This document shows positions 21,591-34,863 of a stretch of 64,000 bases of DNA, piece by piece (within the stretch, counting starts at the first letter, position 1; each line of letters opens with the position of its first letter). The notes below the pieces were generated by a model that was not told the DNA's origin, made no database searches, and saw only the letters and a list, made by a program, of their open reading frames with translations. The stretch comes from Flectonema sp. DT1601 (lineage: Eukaryota), in contig OZ025791.1 of NCBI GenBank assembly GCA_964019425.1, positions 992,001 to 1,056,000 of the forward strand. Direction: 5' to 3'. Position numbers and translations under genes: made by a program.

Positions 21591-24500
21591 TTATTTTTTC
21601 TCCTTCTTTGGAGGATCACGAGCAGAAACCACTTTATAAAGTGTAATAAATGCTTCACTGAGTGGAACCTCCTCGTCACCCGCAACAACAGCAACTGATG
21701 TGCTCTTCATTGTGACTGGAGCTGCTGCAAGACACGCCTCAAGTTCGATTTGAGCAGCCTTTATGTTATCTTGAACTATCTTAGTCAATTTGTTAGCTGC
21801 AACTTTAGTAGCCTTGTGATAGAAATATGTCTTGTCACCGCGAGTAGTTGAGACCCACTTCTTGTCAGCTAACAACTGATTCGCCTCCTCTTCCAAATCC
21901 ATTGCTTTTGTTTCCATAATCGACCCGACCATCTTGTCATCCCTCTCATAACGAAGTGCTTTCTTATCGGCGTCATACCACTCAGTCCAGTCACCCAACT
22001 TACGCATCTCAATCCATTCGCCTTCACCCAACTCTAATTCTTCCTTCTTCTTTGAAGCCTTCTTTTCGGTGGCTTTCTGTTCCTCCGCAGCCTTTTTATC
22101 AGCTGCGTCTTTAGCTGCTTCCTCAGCGGCTTTGATGGCTTCTTTCTCTGCTTCTTCGGCAGCCTTCTTTGCCGCCACTTCTTTTTCTGCTTCTTCGGCA
22201 GCCTTCTTTGTTGCTGCTTCTTTTTCTGCTTCATCGACAGCCTTTTTCTCCGCTTCTTCGGCAGCCTTCTTTGCTGCTTCTTCTTCTGCTTCGTCAGCAG
22301 CCTTTTTCTCTGCAGCCTCTCTTTCTGCTTCATCGACAGCCTTTTTCTCCGCTTCTTGGGCAGCCTTCTTTGCTGCGTCTTCTTCTGCTTCGTCAGCAGC
22401 CTTTTTCTCCGCAGCCTCCCTTTCTGCTTCATCTGCAGCCTCTTTTGCCGCAGCTTCCTTCACCGCCTCTTCGGCAGCCATCTTCGCTGCTTTGTCTGCC
22501 TCTTCAGCGGCGGCCTTTTCGGCTTCTTCAGCAGCTTGCTTCTCAGCTTCTTCCGCGGCCTTTTTTTCTGCTGCTATCCGTTCGGCATCTTCAGCCGCCG
22601 CCTTTTCAGCAGCTGCTTCATCTTCGGTGGCCTTTTGCTCGGCCGCGATGCGTCCAGCCTCTTTCGCCTCCTCAGCGGCTACTCGTTCTGCTTCTGCCTG
22701 TTGAGCTTCTTCGGCGGCCTTCTTTCCCGCAGCCTCTTGGGCTTTGGTTTCAGCTATTTTTTCTGCGGCGATTCGCTCGGTTTCTCTGTTCTCAGCAGCT
22801 TGTCTCTCCGCATCATCGACCGCCTGCTTTTCGGCAACCGCACGCTGCTCTTCCGCTGCTTTCTCCTCCGCAACTTGGCGATCCGCAATTGCAGCCTCTT
22901 CGGCCTTTCTCGCGGCTGCCTGCTGTTCAGCGGCTTCGGCTGCCCTGCGTTCCGCTGCGAGGCGGTCTGCGGCTGCCTGCTCTTCAGCAGCATTCTGTAC
23001 CGCTAGTTCCTCCGTTTTGTCAGCAGTAATGACAGGTGGTGGAATTGCTGCGGCCGGAGTCGAGTGTGAAAGTTGCGGTACGCGAAACGGGCCGTCGAGC
23101 GATGACTGTTTTATAATTATGTTAAAAACCCACACAACACTTTAACACCGAAAGAATAACCCGATGGAACTCCGATCCAACTAAAGGCTGTGCCGTACGA
23201 TAAACATACCTTCAAGGTAGGCGGTCCTCCGGTAGTTGGACTAGCAGGGCTTCGGCAGATAGGGCGTGCTGTATTTTTTTTTTTTCAACTGCCCAAAATC
23301 CCGAGCTGAAACTATTTTTTTCTAAATTACATACAAGGTGGTGAGCTACGATGCGGTTCCTGCGCCATTGGACTTAGAGGAGATGCAGGTATTTGACTTG
23401 CAATTACGACAGTGCTGTTTCCATTTGTCGCATCGAAAGCCTGAATATCTGGAGGAGAAATGACGGAAGGAGCTGTTGAAGTAACAAAGTGAGTCGCAGG
23501 TGACGGTGAGATAATTTGACGGGTGACTGATTGGTATCCAACTGATGGTGAGATGGCTTGTGGAATACTCGAAAATGGAGGACTACTCTCGCGCACAACT
23601 GTTGGAGGTGCTGGTGACACGGCTGCAGTTGAAGTTGATCTAATTTCAGCTTTCAAGATGGCAACTTTTTGATTAGTTTCTGCTAAGCGATGCTCAAGAG
23701 CAGCCTTCTCTCTCTCAACACGAGCAAGTTCTTCAGAAGCTTCATTCCTCTGTGGAGATCCTCGCACTGGAGAGGTCGCTCTGTGTGGAGAACCACTTGG
23801 ACTCGCCCTACTTTGATATCCAACACTACGAGTTGGTGAACTCGAAACAGGAAGTGGATGAGTATGTGGAGGTGGAACTGGTAACTCATGTTGAGGAATA
23901 ATTAATTCTGCTTCAGTACGCAACCTCCTAATGTTATCAGTTCCTACTACCCACCAACTACCAGTTAAAACAGGACTGTCACCTGAATAACGAGCTTCTA
24001 AAGCAACTCTCGTATTACTAACCGAGTCGATAACTGTAGCGCCTGCTGTCAGTTGATTAGTGACGCTTACGATTACCTTCGCAGTACCTGAAGCTCCATT
24101 ATAACTGTTTAAATAAGTTCCACCGAAAGTACTTTCTGATGTCCTTTCTAATTTGACAGAAGAAACAGCTCCAACACCCCAGTGGATGTTGAAAACTGCT
24201 GTTCGGGAGTGAACGGCTCCAGAAAGCATGAAGTTGGTACCGTTAACGTCAGCTGTTCCTAAAATCTTACCAGTCTGTACAGAGTGTTTTACTGTTAAAG
24301 GATATTCAATTGGATGACCTCCTTCTTCAGTTGATATTAATAACCAAAGACCACTCAAATCTTTAACACTGTAAGACCTTTGTGGTGACAAGGATCTGTT
24401 TGGAACTATTCTAACAGGAGATCCCCTTACTGGAGATCCTCTCACTGGTGACCCACCTCCCCTTCCAGCAGGAGGTAAACTCCCTCTCGTGTGAACAGTT

Positions 24501-24637
24501 CTTTCTAATTCCGAACGCAGCCATTTCGTTTGCTCCAACAAGTTGCCCCCTCTCGCGTTGTGATTTGACTGCTCTTGCTCTCGTCTTTTAGCTTCCTCAA
24601 GTCGAATTATCAGACGGCTGTCTGCGTTTGGTATCAT
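21591..24637 (-). CDS. Three-exon gene (24637-23335, 23268-23210, 23105-21591; about 958 aa): beta-rich domain, Ser/Pro region, long Ala/Glu/Lys helix and WW-like C-terminal motifs
   Basis: Two GTATGT..CAG introns (66 and 104 nt) join the two listed ORFs in frame via a 59-nt exon (SRPICRSPASPTTGGPPTLK). KWVSTTRGDKTYFYHKATK is WW-like. The 3' end may be spliced further. Confidence 0.75.
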
Positions 24638-25123
24638 TTCGTGATTAGGGCCTGTGAGTGTAGATAAATAATTTTCATAGTTTTAAAGCTTTAGACACGA
24701 TGCTTTCCCTCCATTACATTCATTTACTGACTGAGTAAAGAAATATAAACACATTCTCTCAGATACCTCACTAACCAATCAGCGTGTTGCGTTCGCATCT
24801 ATATAATGCGGACAGTGTGTTCAACACTTTTGTTACTGCCACTGCGATGACTTGTTGATAACGAAAAGTATTGCGAATGACCTCACCGATGTGTCACTTT
24901 ACCTCTTGTTGGAACAGCCTCCTTTCAAAGGAAAGGATGAAATAATAAAATAAATAATCCCTCCTCTGCTCTTCACATTCTGCGATCAGGTGGCTCTCCA
25001 TTCGATGAATTACTGCGACGAAACTGATAATAAAACAGCTCTTCGAGAACTCACTCGCAGTTATAACTGCGGCGGCTTACAGCCGTTACTGTTGATTAAG
25101 TGCTGGATCGATGATGTAGTATT

Positions 25124-27057
25124 TCACTTCTTCCTACGCTTTCTCTTTTTTGTTGGGGCGGAGCTGTCTGAACTACTACTACTACTACTGCTGCTGCTAT
25201 CACTCGATGAAGATGTCGATGAAGAGGAAGAGCTGCTGGAATCCGAATCAGAATCAGACATGGAGTCAGGAATCTCTGCGACAACTTGCGGCAAGTTCGT
25301 AAGATGTTCTCTCAGTTCTTCAGTAAGTCCACCTGATTGTTGATTCTATTTGAAAGGAAAACAAACAACACACTCGCAGAACACAAAGAATACAATTGTT
25401 CCCAACTAGTGAGACAACAAACAGTAAAGAAAACAACTAAAACATACCCAATTTAATATGAGTGTAGAAGTTAATCGCAAAACGGGTGTTTTTCGCGGTG
25501 TCACGAGGAAACATTCCGGCGACATAAGGTGCGAGTTTCTCCTCATTGAGTCGTTGACAGAGCTGTTTTAAGTTGTTTGATGGGAAAATTTTCTTTTTTT
25601 TTCTGTATTCAAGAAGAGGATTTGCATACCTTCGCGAGCCCAACGAGTTCGGCTAATTCGAGGAGCAGAATTTTAATAAAAATACGAGACCCAGCAGTTG
25701 TATCATTTTCATTTAATTTTATGTGACGAAGAACTTCCCAAGGGAGGGCATCGGTCTGTAAGATGTGACCGAACAGCCGAGCGATGTTACGGATCTTTGG
25801 AGTATCGTAGTTGTACACCATCGAGTACTGATGTGCAAATTCATTCTCAAAAGCTTCTTGATAGTTTCTGTTAAGCAAGCAAAATCTTTCAGCGAGAAGT
25901 CCGTGGTAGCGAACATATGTTCGAGACATCGCACAGGCATCGATGAGCATCGCTGCAAGGTGGTCGCCATTGGTATAGCCCTCACAGGGTCCCTTTAAAA
26001 GTTTGTGCGCTGCAGCGTCGTGCTGAAGATTATTATTTATCGTCAGGTAAATAGACCTACGGAGAGCCTTTACTTCATCTCCAGTCAGATTTCTAACGTC
26101 TTGAGTTTCCTGTTGCTCATCAGGTTCTTGGAAGGCTGCTGCTGCTGCAGCGCCCTGGTCTTCAGGATCAGACTCGTCGTCTTCTCCTAGGATTTCTAAT
26201 TTGATTTCTTCGTATTGCTGTTGCATTTCGACGAAGTCCTCTCTGAATTTAAAGAAATCTAAATTCTGACGAACGTCGTATGTCTCATCCAACGACAGCT
26301 GGTGAGTGATTTGATCCTCCTCTTCCACCAAATCGAGTTCCTCAATCACGTCGGGGTAGTCTGCAAAATTAGATTTTATGACATCAAATAGAGACATAAT
26401 TCGATTCTGTGTACGAGGTTCTAAAGTACTCTCCTCACTCGCAATAGAACGAAGTCTCTCCTGCACAACTAAGAATCCCTTCGGTGCAATTTCTTGAAGT
26501 GTTTTCCCAGCGGCTTTAAAGAACGCAACTGAGACCTCAACAGAGTCGTGAGTCGGCTTGTCCAGCAGCAGGATCATCAGTTCTAAACCAATAACTTCGT
26601 GTACTACTTTCTGGTTAACAAAGTGAGCGAGAAACTTCGCTAAACTCATCAACATTGCTTTGTCATTACGTGCGTAAGCTTTTTTAAAGTGAGCGATGAC
26701 ACGCTTTACTATAAGATCTCCAACTTCTGGAATCTTTGTGTTGATGATGGCTACCAAAGCCGCAAAGACGTTAGTAAAGATTGGCGAGGCAGCCTGTGCT
26801 CTCATGACAGCTCTGCAGAACAATCCCATTCCCCACACTAGATTTTCTCTAAAGATCTCTTCCATCATGTTTCGTAGGTTCTGTGAATTCACTTTGTTTA
26901 CAACTCCGTTTAAACTTTTCTTTAGAGCAACCCACATCAGTTTTTGATATTCAGCACCCGACTTGTCCATTGTCTGCATCATTTGCTTTAATCTAAACGG
27001 GGGGACGTACACCCCACCAGTGCGACTCATGTCGACCTGCGCAGTGTTGACTGCCAT
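25124..27057 (-). CDS. CWC22: Pre-mRNA splicing factor CWC22 (exons 27057-25630, 25562-25448, 25332-25124; 583 aa)
   Basis: RTGGVYVPPFRL, WVALKKSLNGVVNKVN (MIF4G) and SRIFIKIL. The spliced continuation gives [32 protein letters not shown] and a Ser-rich/basic tail. Introns are GTATG..CAG (67 and 115 nt) and phases are consistent. Confidence 0.93.
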
Positions 27058-30000
27058 TTTTTTATTACGTTTGTAGCTGCCCCTCTCCTAATGGCTGATG
27101 AAAAAATAAAATTAAATTAAACTAAGGAAATGAACAAACAGGTCTCACAGCACGCACACATCAGTACTTAACATCAATGATGTGGTAATCCTATGATAAA
27201 TATTTCATAAAAAACACAGAAGATATAATATTAATTTCCTTACCACAGTAAGACTGCCACAAATACTCACCAGTTGGAGTTAGACCGAGAATCTTTTGAA
27301 AAGCAAATGTGAATGTTGAATGAGTACAGTTGACTTACCGACAACGATTCCTTAACACTATTGGCGAGAGTGGTTATGTGCGGCTGCCATTCTGCTACAG
27401 GATATGTACTAAGAAAGACGTAAGAAAGACAAGAATAGAAATTCATATTACTAGGGGGGAAAGAATAAAAGAAAAAATATATAAAATAAAATTAAAAAAA
27501 AAAAAAAGGGGGGGAAGTGGATTTGCTAAACATCCAGCCGGTGAAAGAAAAATGAGAACAGCGAGAAAACATTGTTGCCGTGCTGTCACAGTTCGAACTC
27601 CAAGTACTACTGAGCCGATCAGTGGATTTCTAAAGCCAGAGTTCGGTGGAACTTTTTATTGTCTGAAGCAGTGGAAGACAGGCTACCCAACTGTTGAAAA
27701 TGACAGCGCAGTTTCGTCCGTTTTTTTATTATGAAAAGAAGCGGCTGACACTTTTAAGAACCAACTTTTGGAACTGAACAACAGAAACCTACAAAAGGAG
27801 TCAACAGATGACTATCAGACTCCCTAACTAAGAAAATAAAAAAAAAACATATGAAATAGGGAGGGAGGGAACACTCAACAATACTTTATCGATTCAGCAA
27901 AGCATACACAAAGTGGGAAGGGGAGATGCACGAAGAAGACGCCTCAATTCGAAGGACCAACAAGAAAGATTTTTTAGTAAAATTCACATGTTTGATCTCT
28001 ACTGCACCAGGGAAACAGTCTGTTAGTTATCACTTGGAACACTTTCCTCATAGAGGGGTCTAAACCCTCTCCTGCAATAGTACAACAGTACTTGTACTAC
28101 AGAGGCGATAAAAGCATAAATTCATTACTAAAACATATCAAGAAAAGAGTGATTATTTCGTTTTTTTACTTTTTTTTACAGAAGTTCTAATCACCGTTGC
28201 TTTAAATATTCTCCCAGAGGTCGCCTATTATATTAATTGAGATTAATAAGAAGGAAAGAGTATGAATGATGAGGTCGCATAACGCGACCGCCAATTAAGA
28301 GAAAGATAAAAAGAATGGGAAACATTAAAATTAAAAGTTAACTGCTACAAAGTGTAGCAACTTTTCAAACTGTCGCCTGTGTTGGAATGAAGTCATAATT
28401 TATGACGTCAGTTATAATATTGCTGACAGCTCTTGACTAAAAGTCACACGGTGAATACTGAATTCCGAATACTACATAAATACGATTCAAAATAAATAAC
28501 AGAACCCCGGAAAGATATTTTTTTTTTTGAGGGAAAAAAAAAAAAAAAGGAATCTCGCAAACAGAGAGCGTAGCCTATCTAAAATACAAATAAAGAAGTT
28601 GGCTAAGTTTCTCCGTCACGATTCTCTTTCTACTGAACAACAAGTTAAAAAAAGAGAACGAGAAAAAAAAGAGAAAAAAAGAAGAAAAAAAAACGCAGAA
28701 CTTAATTTTAGAATCACCAAGGTATATAAGAATCGTCGCTCAATATAGGAAATCGGATATTATAAGGAATTCAAAAAGAAAAAAAAAAGAATCGGCTGCA
28801 TTTTTTTTTTTTTTTTTTTTTTTTTTCACTTCACAATATTTGTTTTGTTTGCGTAATTAGTCACGACTAAAATTCTTATATAAAGGACAGGAGGTAGGTT
28901 ACGCTGTCACGATTCTCTTTCTACTGAACAACGGGGTTTTGTAGATATAAAAAAAAAAAAATAATAATAATAAAAAACAAAAAAAAAAAAAGAGTCGTGA
29001 CAACAACCTCAACTCAGCCTTCCTTCCGATATGCAGAGTAAATATTTTTTTTTAAAACATAAAAAAAATTAAAATTAAAAAAATTAAAAAAGTGATACCA
29101 TTAGTGATAGTTGTTATGTGCATTTAGACAATTGGAGGGATGTAATTAAATTAAATTGTACTCAGTACCTTGTCTAATAATATAGGGTTTTAAACGTGAG
29201 GCGAGGCTATAAAGGAAAAAAGGAAAAAGAAATAAGACACAAACGGGGTTGCTGAAACGATGCAATTAGTTTTCTAAAAACATTGCACCGAAAGGGGATT
29301 TAGGGGGTTGGGATTCTTGGTTGGTTTTTCTTTTCTTTTTCTTTTTTTTAAATAAAACGAACTAAACAAAACAGAAACAAACATGCATCCAACTGATTTG
29401 GCTCTACATCTGAAATGCTCAACACTTTTTCTGTCAACCCCTTATAATAAATATTCAATGCTTTGTATTAGTGCATCGGTTTTTTTTTTTTTTTGTTTTT
29501 TTTTTTAAACATTTTTTTCTTTCTTCTACAATAGTACGTTTCGGGATTCCAACAAAATCACACCTAGCAGTCAGTTAGTTAACTGCTGTCAGAAGACTGC
29601 TGCTGACATTGGAAGCGCATTGTTAAGTTCGGGCATTTCGCAATTGAAATAAAAAGAGAGAGAGGAAGAAAAAAAAGAAGGAAAAAAAAAACGGAGAAAA
29701 GGAATTATTATTATACAACAACAGGGGGGTCATCATTCCCCTCGACAGTGCAGTCGGAAAACTGCGTTCATTTCTACCAACGTAGGAGTTCTACTATTCG
29801 CAAGTTGCTGATGAAGACTTTCCTAACCTTACGGAGGATTTTTCATTTAATTATTTTCTGTTATTCCCTTTTCTGTTAATTTTTCGTTTTTTTTTTTTTT
29901 TTTTTCCCCTTGTTCCTTTTCCCCAAAAATTCGAACAAATAAAAACCCCAAAAGATACGACCTTATTCATTGTGGTCAACGTACAATATATGAACAACAA

Positions 30001-30414
30001 CAACAACAAAAAAAAAAAAAAAAAAAAATGCAAGACTCCGCGACTTACTAATAGTATTTCCTGCAGTCAAAAACCACGTATCGTTTTTCGATGTTAACCG
30101 AAGGGAGAGGTAAGTGCAGGGTGAGCAACCTGCATTTAATGCGCTAGAACTAATAATATAATCCACCTGGATCACAAGCATTCGATATTCGTGAAGTCGA
30201 TCGACCAATAAGAGAAGCAATCTCTCAGTAAAAGAGAGTGACAGAAATAAGAGAAGCTAATCAGAATATTACTACTTGTGTGGGCAACATATGTTACAAC
30301 TGCATTTAACAAACATTCGGTTGGTTGTTATCGAGTAAAGGATTCTCTTTCTTCAGTCCTGCCTTACTCCTTAGCAGCACAAAAGTGCTCGTGAGGGTGC
30401 AATCCAAAAAGTGC

Positions 30415-31323
30415 TCAAAGGTTTAACGAAATAACAACTTCCTCAGGGAGATCAGTATTACAAATAGGACAACAAATTGTTACTTCTTGTTGACGTCTCT
30501 TAGCTGCCCAATCTGTACAGCAAGAACGGCACAGACTATGCATACAATGAAGGAATACTATCTCAGAAGTACAGCGCTCTTCAAGGCAGACAGGACAGTC
30601 ACGTAGAGGAACAGGTGCACCAGATGAGGAGGAATCTGAATCTGAAATTGGAGGAGCCGTACGATGCGAACCCCGATGCTCTTCTTGGTCGCGTATCATT
30701 TCCAACACAACAGCCATGTCAGCCTCATCCCGAACCTGTTGCTGACGCCGCTCATTATCTTCCCGAGCGCTACTCAAAGATCGTGCGAATGCCTCTTCCA
30801 TTTCCGGATTATTCGTAAGATGTCTGCTGTTTAAATTAATTCTATTCACTACTGGACGACTTACTCGAGGTGATTCTGTTGCAGCAATTTGAGCTAAAAT
30901 ATGTTCTGTATCCTGACGACCCCACATTGCTTCAACATCAGCTTCTGCCTGAAGAGCAGTACTGGTTGGAGTCAATGGACTCATTACGAGATTTGATGCG
31001 GGAGCTGAAGCAGGTTGGATTGATGATCTACTCTGTTGCCGTGGAGGAGTAGAAAACGAGTTGTTTGTGTTGTTATAATTACTAATGGTCTGCGAGTGCG
31101 TGTACGCACCTGGGTGACTACTAGCGACTGATCTACTTGACAGCATTGCTTGTTGCGGATAAACAGCTGGTTGCTGTAGTACAGTTGCTACATAAGCCTG
31201 ATGTTGACTTGCTTGTTGCTGCTGCTGAGCTGGTGATATACTATTCCTCTGTTGGTAATATACAGAAGTCTGAACATGACTAGTTCCGTATTCATCATCT
31301 TCCTTAGTACATGAGTTCCCCAT
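30415..31323 (-). CDS. C3HC4 RING-finger protein with predicted N-terminal acylation motif
   Basis: C-terminal CPVC..CMHSLCRSC..CPIC; N-terminus MGNSC. Confidence 0.88.
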   Translation of the reverse strand: MGNSCTKEDDEYGTSHVQTSVYYQQRNSISPAQQQQQASQHQAYVATVLQQPAVYPQQAMLSSRSVASSHPGAYTHSQTISNYNNTNNSFSTPPRQQSRSSIQPASAPASNLVMSPLTPTSTALQAEADVEAMWGRQDTEHILAQIAATESPRVSRPVVNRINLNSRHLTNNPEMEEAFARSLSSAREDNERRQQQVRDEADMAVVLEMIRDQEEHRGSHRTAPPISDSDSSSSGAPVPLRDCPVCLEERCTSEIVFLHCMHSLCRSCCTDWAAKRRQQEVTICCPICNTDLPEEVVISLNL

Positions 31324-31625
31324 TCTTGTGGTTACAGGGACTGTTTACAAATAAAAATAATGCTTATGATCGACCTAAATTAGTAATGAGTTTTTTGATT
31401 ATTAAAGATCTCTGAGTTCACTTCTTCTTATTCCTTACAACAAATAACTAAAGGGACAACTACAGTAGGACGCTTCTCTTTCTTAAGCTTTAATAATTGT
31501 GGTTTTGACCATCAGAAAACAACAATAAATGGAATCATAAAAAAGGTGTTTTCAAAAAAAAACAAAAAAAAAAGAGAAGGTTTTTATTCGAACTAACCAC
31601 CAAAGATATTGTGAGGAACACAGAC

Positions 31626-31657
<32 letters not shown>

Positions 31658-31807
31658 GAGAGAGATTCCGTTTTATGTATGCAGCCAGAAAAATATAATA
31701 CTCTCAACAAGAGATGGGGAAACATTCCACAATATGAGCAAGAAAACAACAGCAACTCAATCTATCATCTCACAAGAGCCCTTATAACCAATAGTTGGCT
31801 TCTTCGT

Positions 31808-31843
<36 letters not shown>

Positions 31844-32147
31844 CATTTAACATCTCAGAGAAGAGTTCGTTAATTAGAGTCCTCTACTAAAACAGGTTCT
31901 TAAAGGGAAATAAAAATTAAAATAAATAAACGAAAAATGACAAAATTAAAACAATACGAAACAGAACAAAAAATAAAAAGGGCTGGTTGCGGATCTATTC
32001 TACATGAGTGCCGTGAACTGATACTGGAGCATAAAAAGCATCTTAGCATCTTAGTAAAGTAATGACATGTGTTGCTCAAATTACCTGCTTTCACAAAATA
32101 AGAAAGGGGGAAAAAAAAAAAAAAGAAACGTGAGAAACCGCCAAAAT

Positions 32148-32192
<45 letters not shown>

Positions 32193-32519
32193 AAGTGAAT
32201 GCTGTGAAATTAATAACAGTATTATATACTTCTTCTTCTTTTTTTCTTTTTTTTCCCCCCCCCCCATTCAGAAAATAAGTTCTACTCTCTCATTTGTAAC
32301 AATCATACTTCTGTCCGTAAAAGAAGACAGACAGGTAACATGAAATAAAAGTAATTTATTAAACACAATTTGGATTGGTTCTAACGAATAGCTGTCTCTG
32401 TATTGAAACGACCATCAAATATGAAATCGCGTGGATTTCAAAACTCGTTTCGCTGCAAAACGAACAACAAAGTAGTTAGTCGAATTGCTTGGATTTGCTT
32501 ACTAAGTAGTAATAGTTAA

Positions 32520-34604
32520 TTACCACATATCAGTAGAATTAGGAGGTAGTTGTACTCTCCTGCCTCGACCTTGCTGTGGCACCAGAGGGTGTTCCCTCAC
32601 GGGATTAGAAGAAGTTCGCGAACGTGTGAAACTTCCACCAACTCCAGACCCTCCATTATCGGATCCGTGTAGAGGAGGCCGAAGACCACCATCACCAGTT
32701 TTGCCATCCCCAGACTTGGCCATAACTGCTACGTTTCCATTTCCGTTTCCACTGATGCTGTCCCTTTGTCTTGGAACTGTAGCAGGTGCGTTGTTTGCAG
32801 TGCTGTCACCTGATTTCCTCTTCGGAAACTGAAAACTACTATTAATCACAAAGTTATTACTACTACTGTTGTTACTCGGAATATCAAAACTAGACCGACT
32901 AACAGAATCAATATTTTCAAGAGCCCTTTGGTTCAGGTGCTGTGCCGACTCAGGCGGCTCTATAATTTCGGGTGGTTCCGGAACTTCCTTCTGCTCGTAT
33001 TCATCACCAAGAGCACGAAAGCCGTTGTAGTCTCGACCGAGGGCCACCTTTACTTCTTGATCTTTTAGTAGTTCTTTACCAACACGTGCTTCTTGTTCTG
33101 CTAATTCTTTCTGTCTGTCCTGCAAGTAAGTTGTGATAGAACCCTTGTGTAGAACAAACAGTCCTCCAATGCAACAAACTGCAGCCAAACTGCTTACTAA
33201 TATCACATCGAGTGTCGTGAGACTATTGGAATTTGAGTTGTCCAGATCAACACCCACAGGTAACAATAAGGTATTAGTCACGTGTACTATTCCGTCAGTA
33301 GCTATACGAACCTCAACCAGTTCAGACATTTGCCTGCTTGAATGAATGAAAAGAGAGGTGCCTCTGTTGTCAACAACAATAGTCTCGTTGTCGTATGTTC
33401 GGAGGGGTGTCGTTGATGCTCGTAGTCTTTCCATATCGTAGTACCCCTTTACCATACAGAATTGGACGATTCTCTTCATTGTATCCGGACCGTGCTCATT
33501 AAAGTCGGCAGCAGTCCTGATTCCAGCCGCTGAAAAGGCCTCATCAGTTGGTGAAAAAAACGTAATATTCTTGGCAAGCACTGCAGACCGCATACCAGAG
33601 TAGCTCACAGCAGCTCCAAATAAAGGAGGTAGTCTTCCGACATCAAGAACTGAGCTTTGGGGAATTTCGAAATTAAGCGGCAGCAACAAAGAGTCAATCG
33701 CATACACAACTCCTTCTGTAGTTGTTGTGTTGTATAAGATTGTTGCAGCCGCGAACCCTTGTTTTTCACCTTTTACTTGACCTCCTTCAAGAGTTACAGC
33801 ACTATTAAGAAGTCTAGTTTGTAGCACTGCATTACCAGTTTGGAGTGAACTTTGAGAGTAAAACTGATTAAGAAATGTATAACGGATGAAGCGCTGAATG
33901 TGTTCCTTTGGCCAACTCGATAGCGATTCTGGAGTGATGTCGCGAAAGGCAAAAGCGGCATCAGAAGGAGCCAATATCGTCAAATCCTTGAATTCTCCGG
34001 CAACGACACGATCTCCCATTCCAGATAGTGAAAGCGCAGTCGCGTACGTCCTCGGTATATTCATATTCACCCGAACATTTGTATTTGGTAGATTAAGAGT
34101 TTGAGAAAACAACACGGCATTCGTATAATAAATAACTCCATTATTGGTTGGAGTCCCATCAAGACTTTTCGAGAATGCCGGTACTGACTGTGACGAAGTA
34201 GTTATCTGAACTTTTCCATTTAATAATGAAAGGTCTAAACGAGTCCCTTCATCTGAAGCATGAATTAGAACTCGAGAACCACCAGTAATGTCAACATCTC
34301 TTGAACGGATTATAGATCCTGAGAGCATATGGAGTTGGAGAAACTTTCGTAACACCAAAACATCTCTTTTTATCAACTGAAGCCATCCATCAGGTATTTT
34401 TGCAAACGCATCATCAGTTGGATGGAACAGTGTTAGTTTTTGTTGCTTCAGCTGAGCCTTCAAATCCGTCACTCCCTGTGAATTGTAAAGGTTTCTCATT
34501 ATAGTCATATTCCCAGTTTCCACAACTACACCCACATCCTGTGACAACCCTACAGACAGCAGCGCTAACAATTTAACTAAAACAATAACAGTAATCGGAA
34601 TCAT
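32520..34604 (-). CDS. Fasciclin (three FAS1 domains) single-pass membrane protein
   Basis: Signal peptide from ATG 34604. H1 motifs TLFHPTDDAF, TILAPSDAAF and TFFSPTDEAF, H2 motifs such as GVVYAIDSLL and GIVHVTNTLL, and TM VILVSSLAAVCCIGGLFVL. Confidence 0.88.
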   Translation of the reverse strand: MIPITVIVLVKLLALLSVGLSQDVGVVVETGNMTIMRNLYNSQGVTDLKAQLKQQKLTLFHPTDDAFAKIPDGWLQLIKRDVLVLRKFLQLHMLSGSIIRSRDVDITGGSRVLIHASDEGTRLDLSLLNGKVQITTSSQSVPAFSKSLDGTPTNNGVIYYTNAVLFSQTLNLPNTNVRVNMNIPRTYATALSLSGMGDRVVAGEFKDLTILAPSDAAFAFRDITPESLSSWPKEHIQRFIRYTFLNQFYSQSSLQTGNAVLQTRLLNSAVTLEGGQVKGEKQGFAAATILYNTTTTEGVVYAIDSLLLPLNFEIPQSSVLDVGRLPPLFGAAVSYSGMRSAVLAKNITFFSPTDEAFSAAGIRTAADFNEHGPDTMKRIVQFCMVKGYYDMERLRASTTPLRTYDNETIVVDNRGTSLFIHSSRQMSELVEVRIATDGIVHVTNTLLLPVGVDLDNSNSNSLTTLDVILVSSLAAVCCIGGLFVLHKGSITTYLQDRQKELAEQEARVGKELLKDQEVKVALGRDYNGFRALGDEYEQKEVPEPPEIIEPPESAQHLNQRALENIDSVSRSSFDIPSNNSSSNNFVINSSFQFPKRKSGDSTANNAPATVPRQRDSISGNGNGNVAVMAKSGDGKTGDGGLRPPLHGSDNGGSGVGGSFTRSRTSSNPVREHPLVPQQGRGRRVQLPPNSTDMW

Positions 34605-34863
34605 CTTACTTTTCTTTGTATTTTGATGTTTAAAACTCAGCTCACATTTCGCGTAACGAAGTGACTGTGACTGTTTAGATAAAAGGAAACGTAACAACCA
34701 AACAATACTGAAAGATATACTAGTAGTGATCTAAAATAGTGAAACCGTATTGCATCTGCTTCGAAGGGAATAATGTAAATAATCAGAGTGAGCTTTGAAT
34801 CCGATATCACTGATATCGACGAAAAGTGTAAATAAACAGAACTCACAAAAAACAAAACTTCTT

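Noticed and set aside
22069..23145. Several long plus-strand ORFs (211, 286, 216, 133 aa)
   Set aside because: Antisense shadows of the low-complexity Ala/Glu/Lys repeat exon.
24990..25343. Plus-strand Leu/Glu-rich ORF
   Set aside because: Antisense of CWC22 exon 3 (Ser-rich tail).
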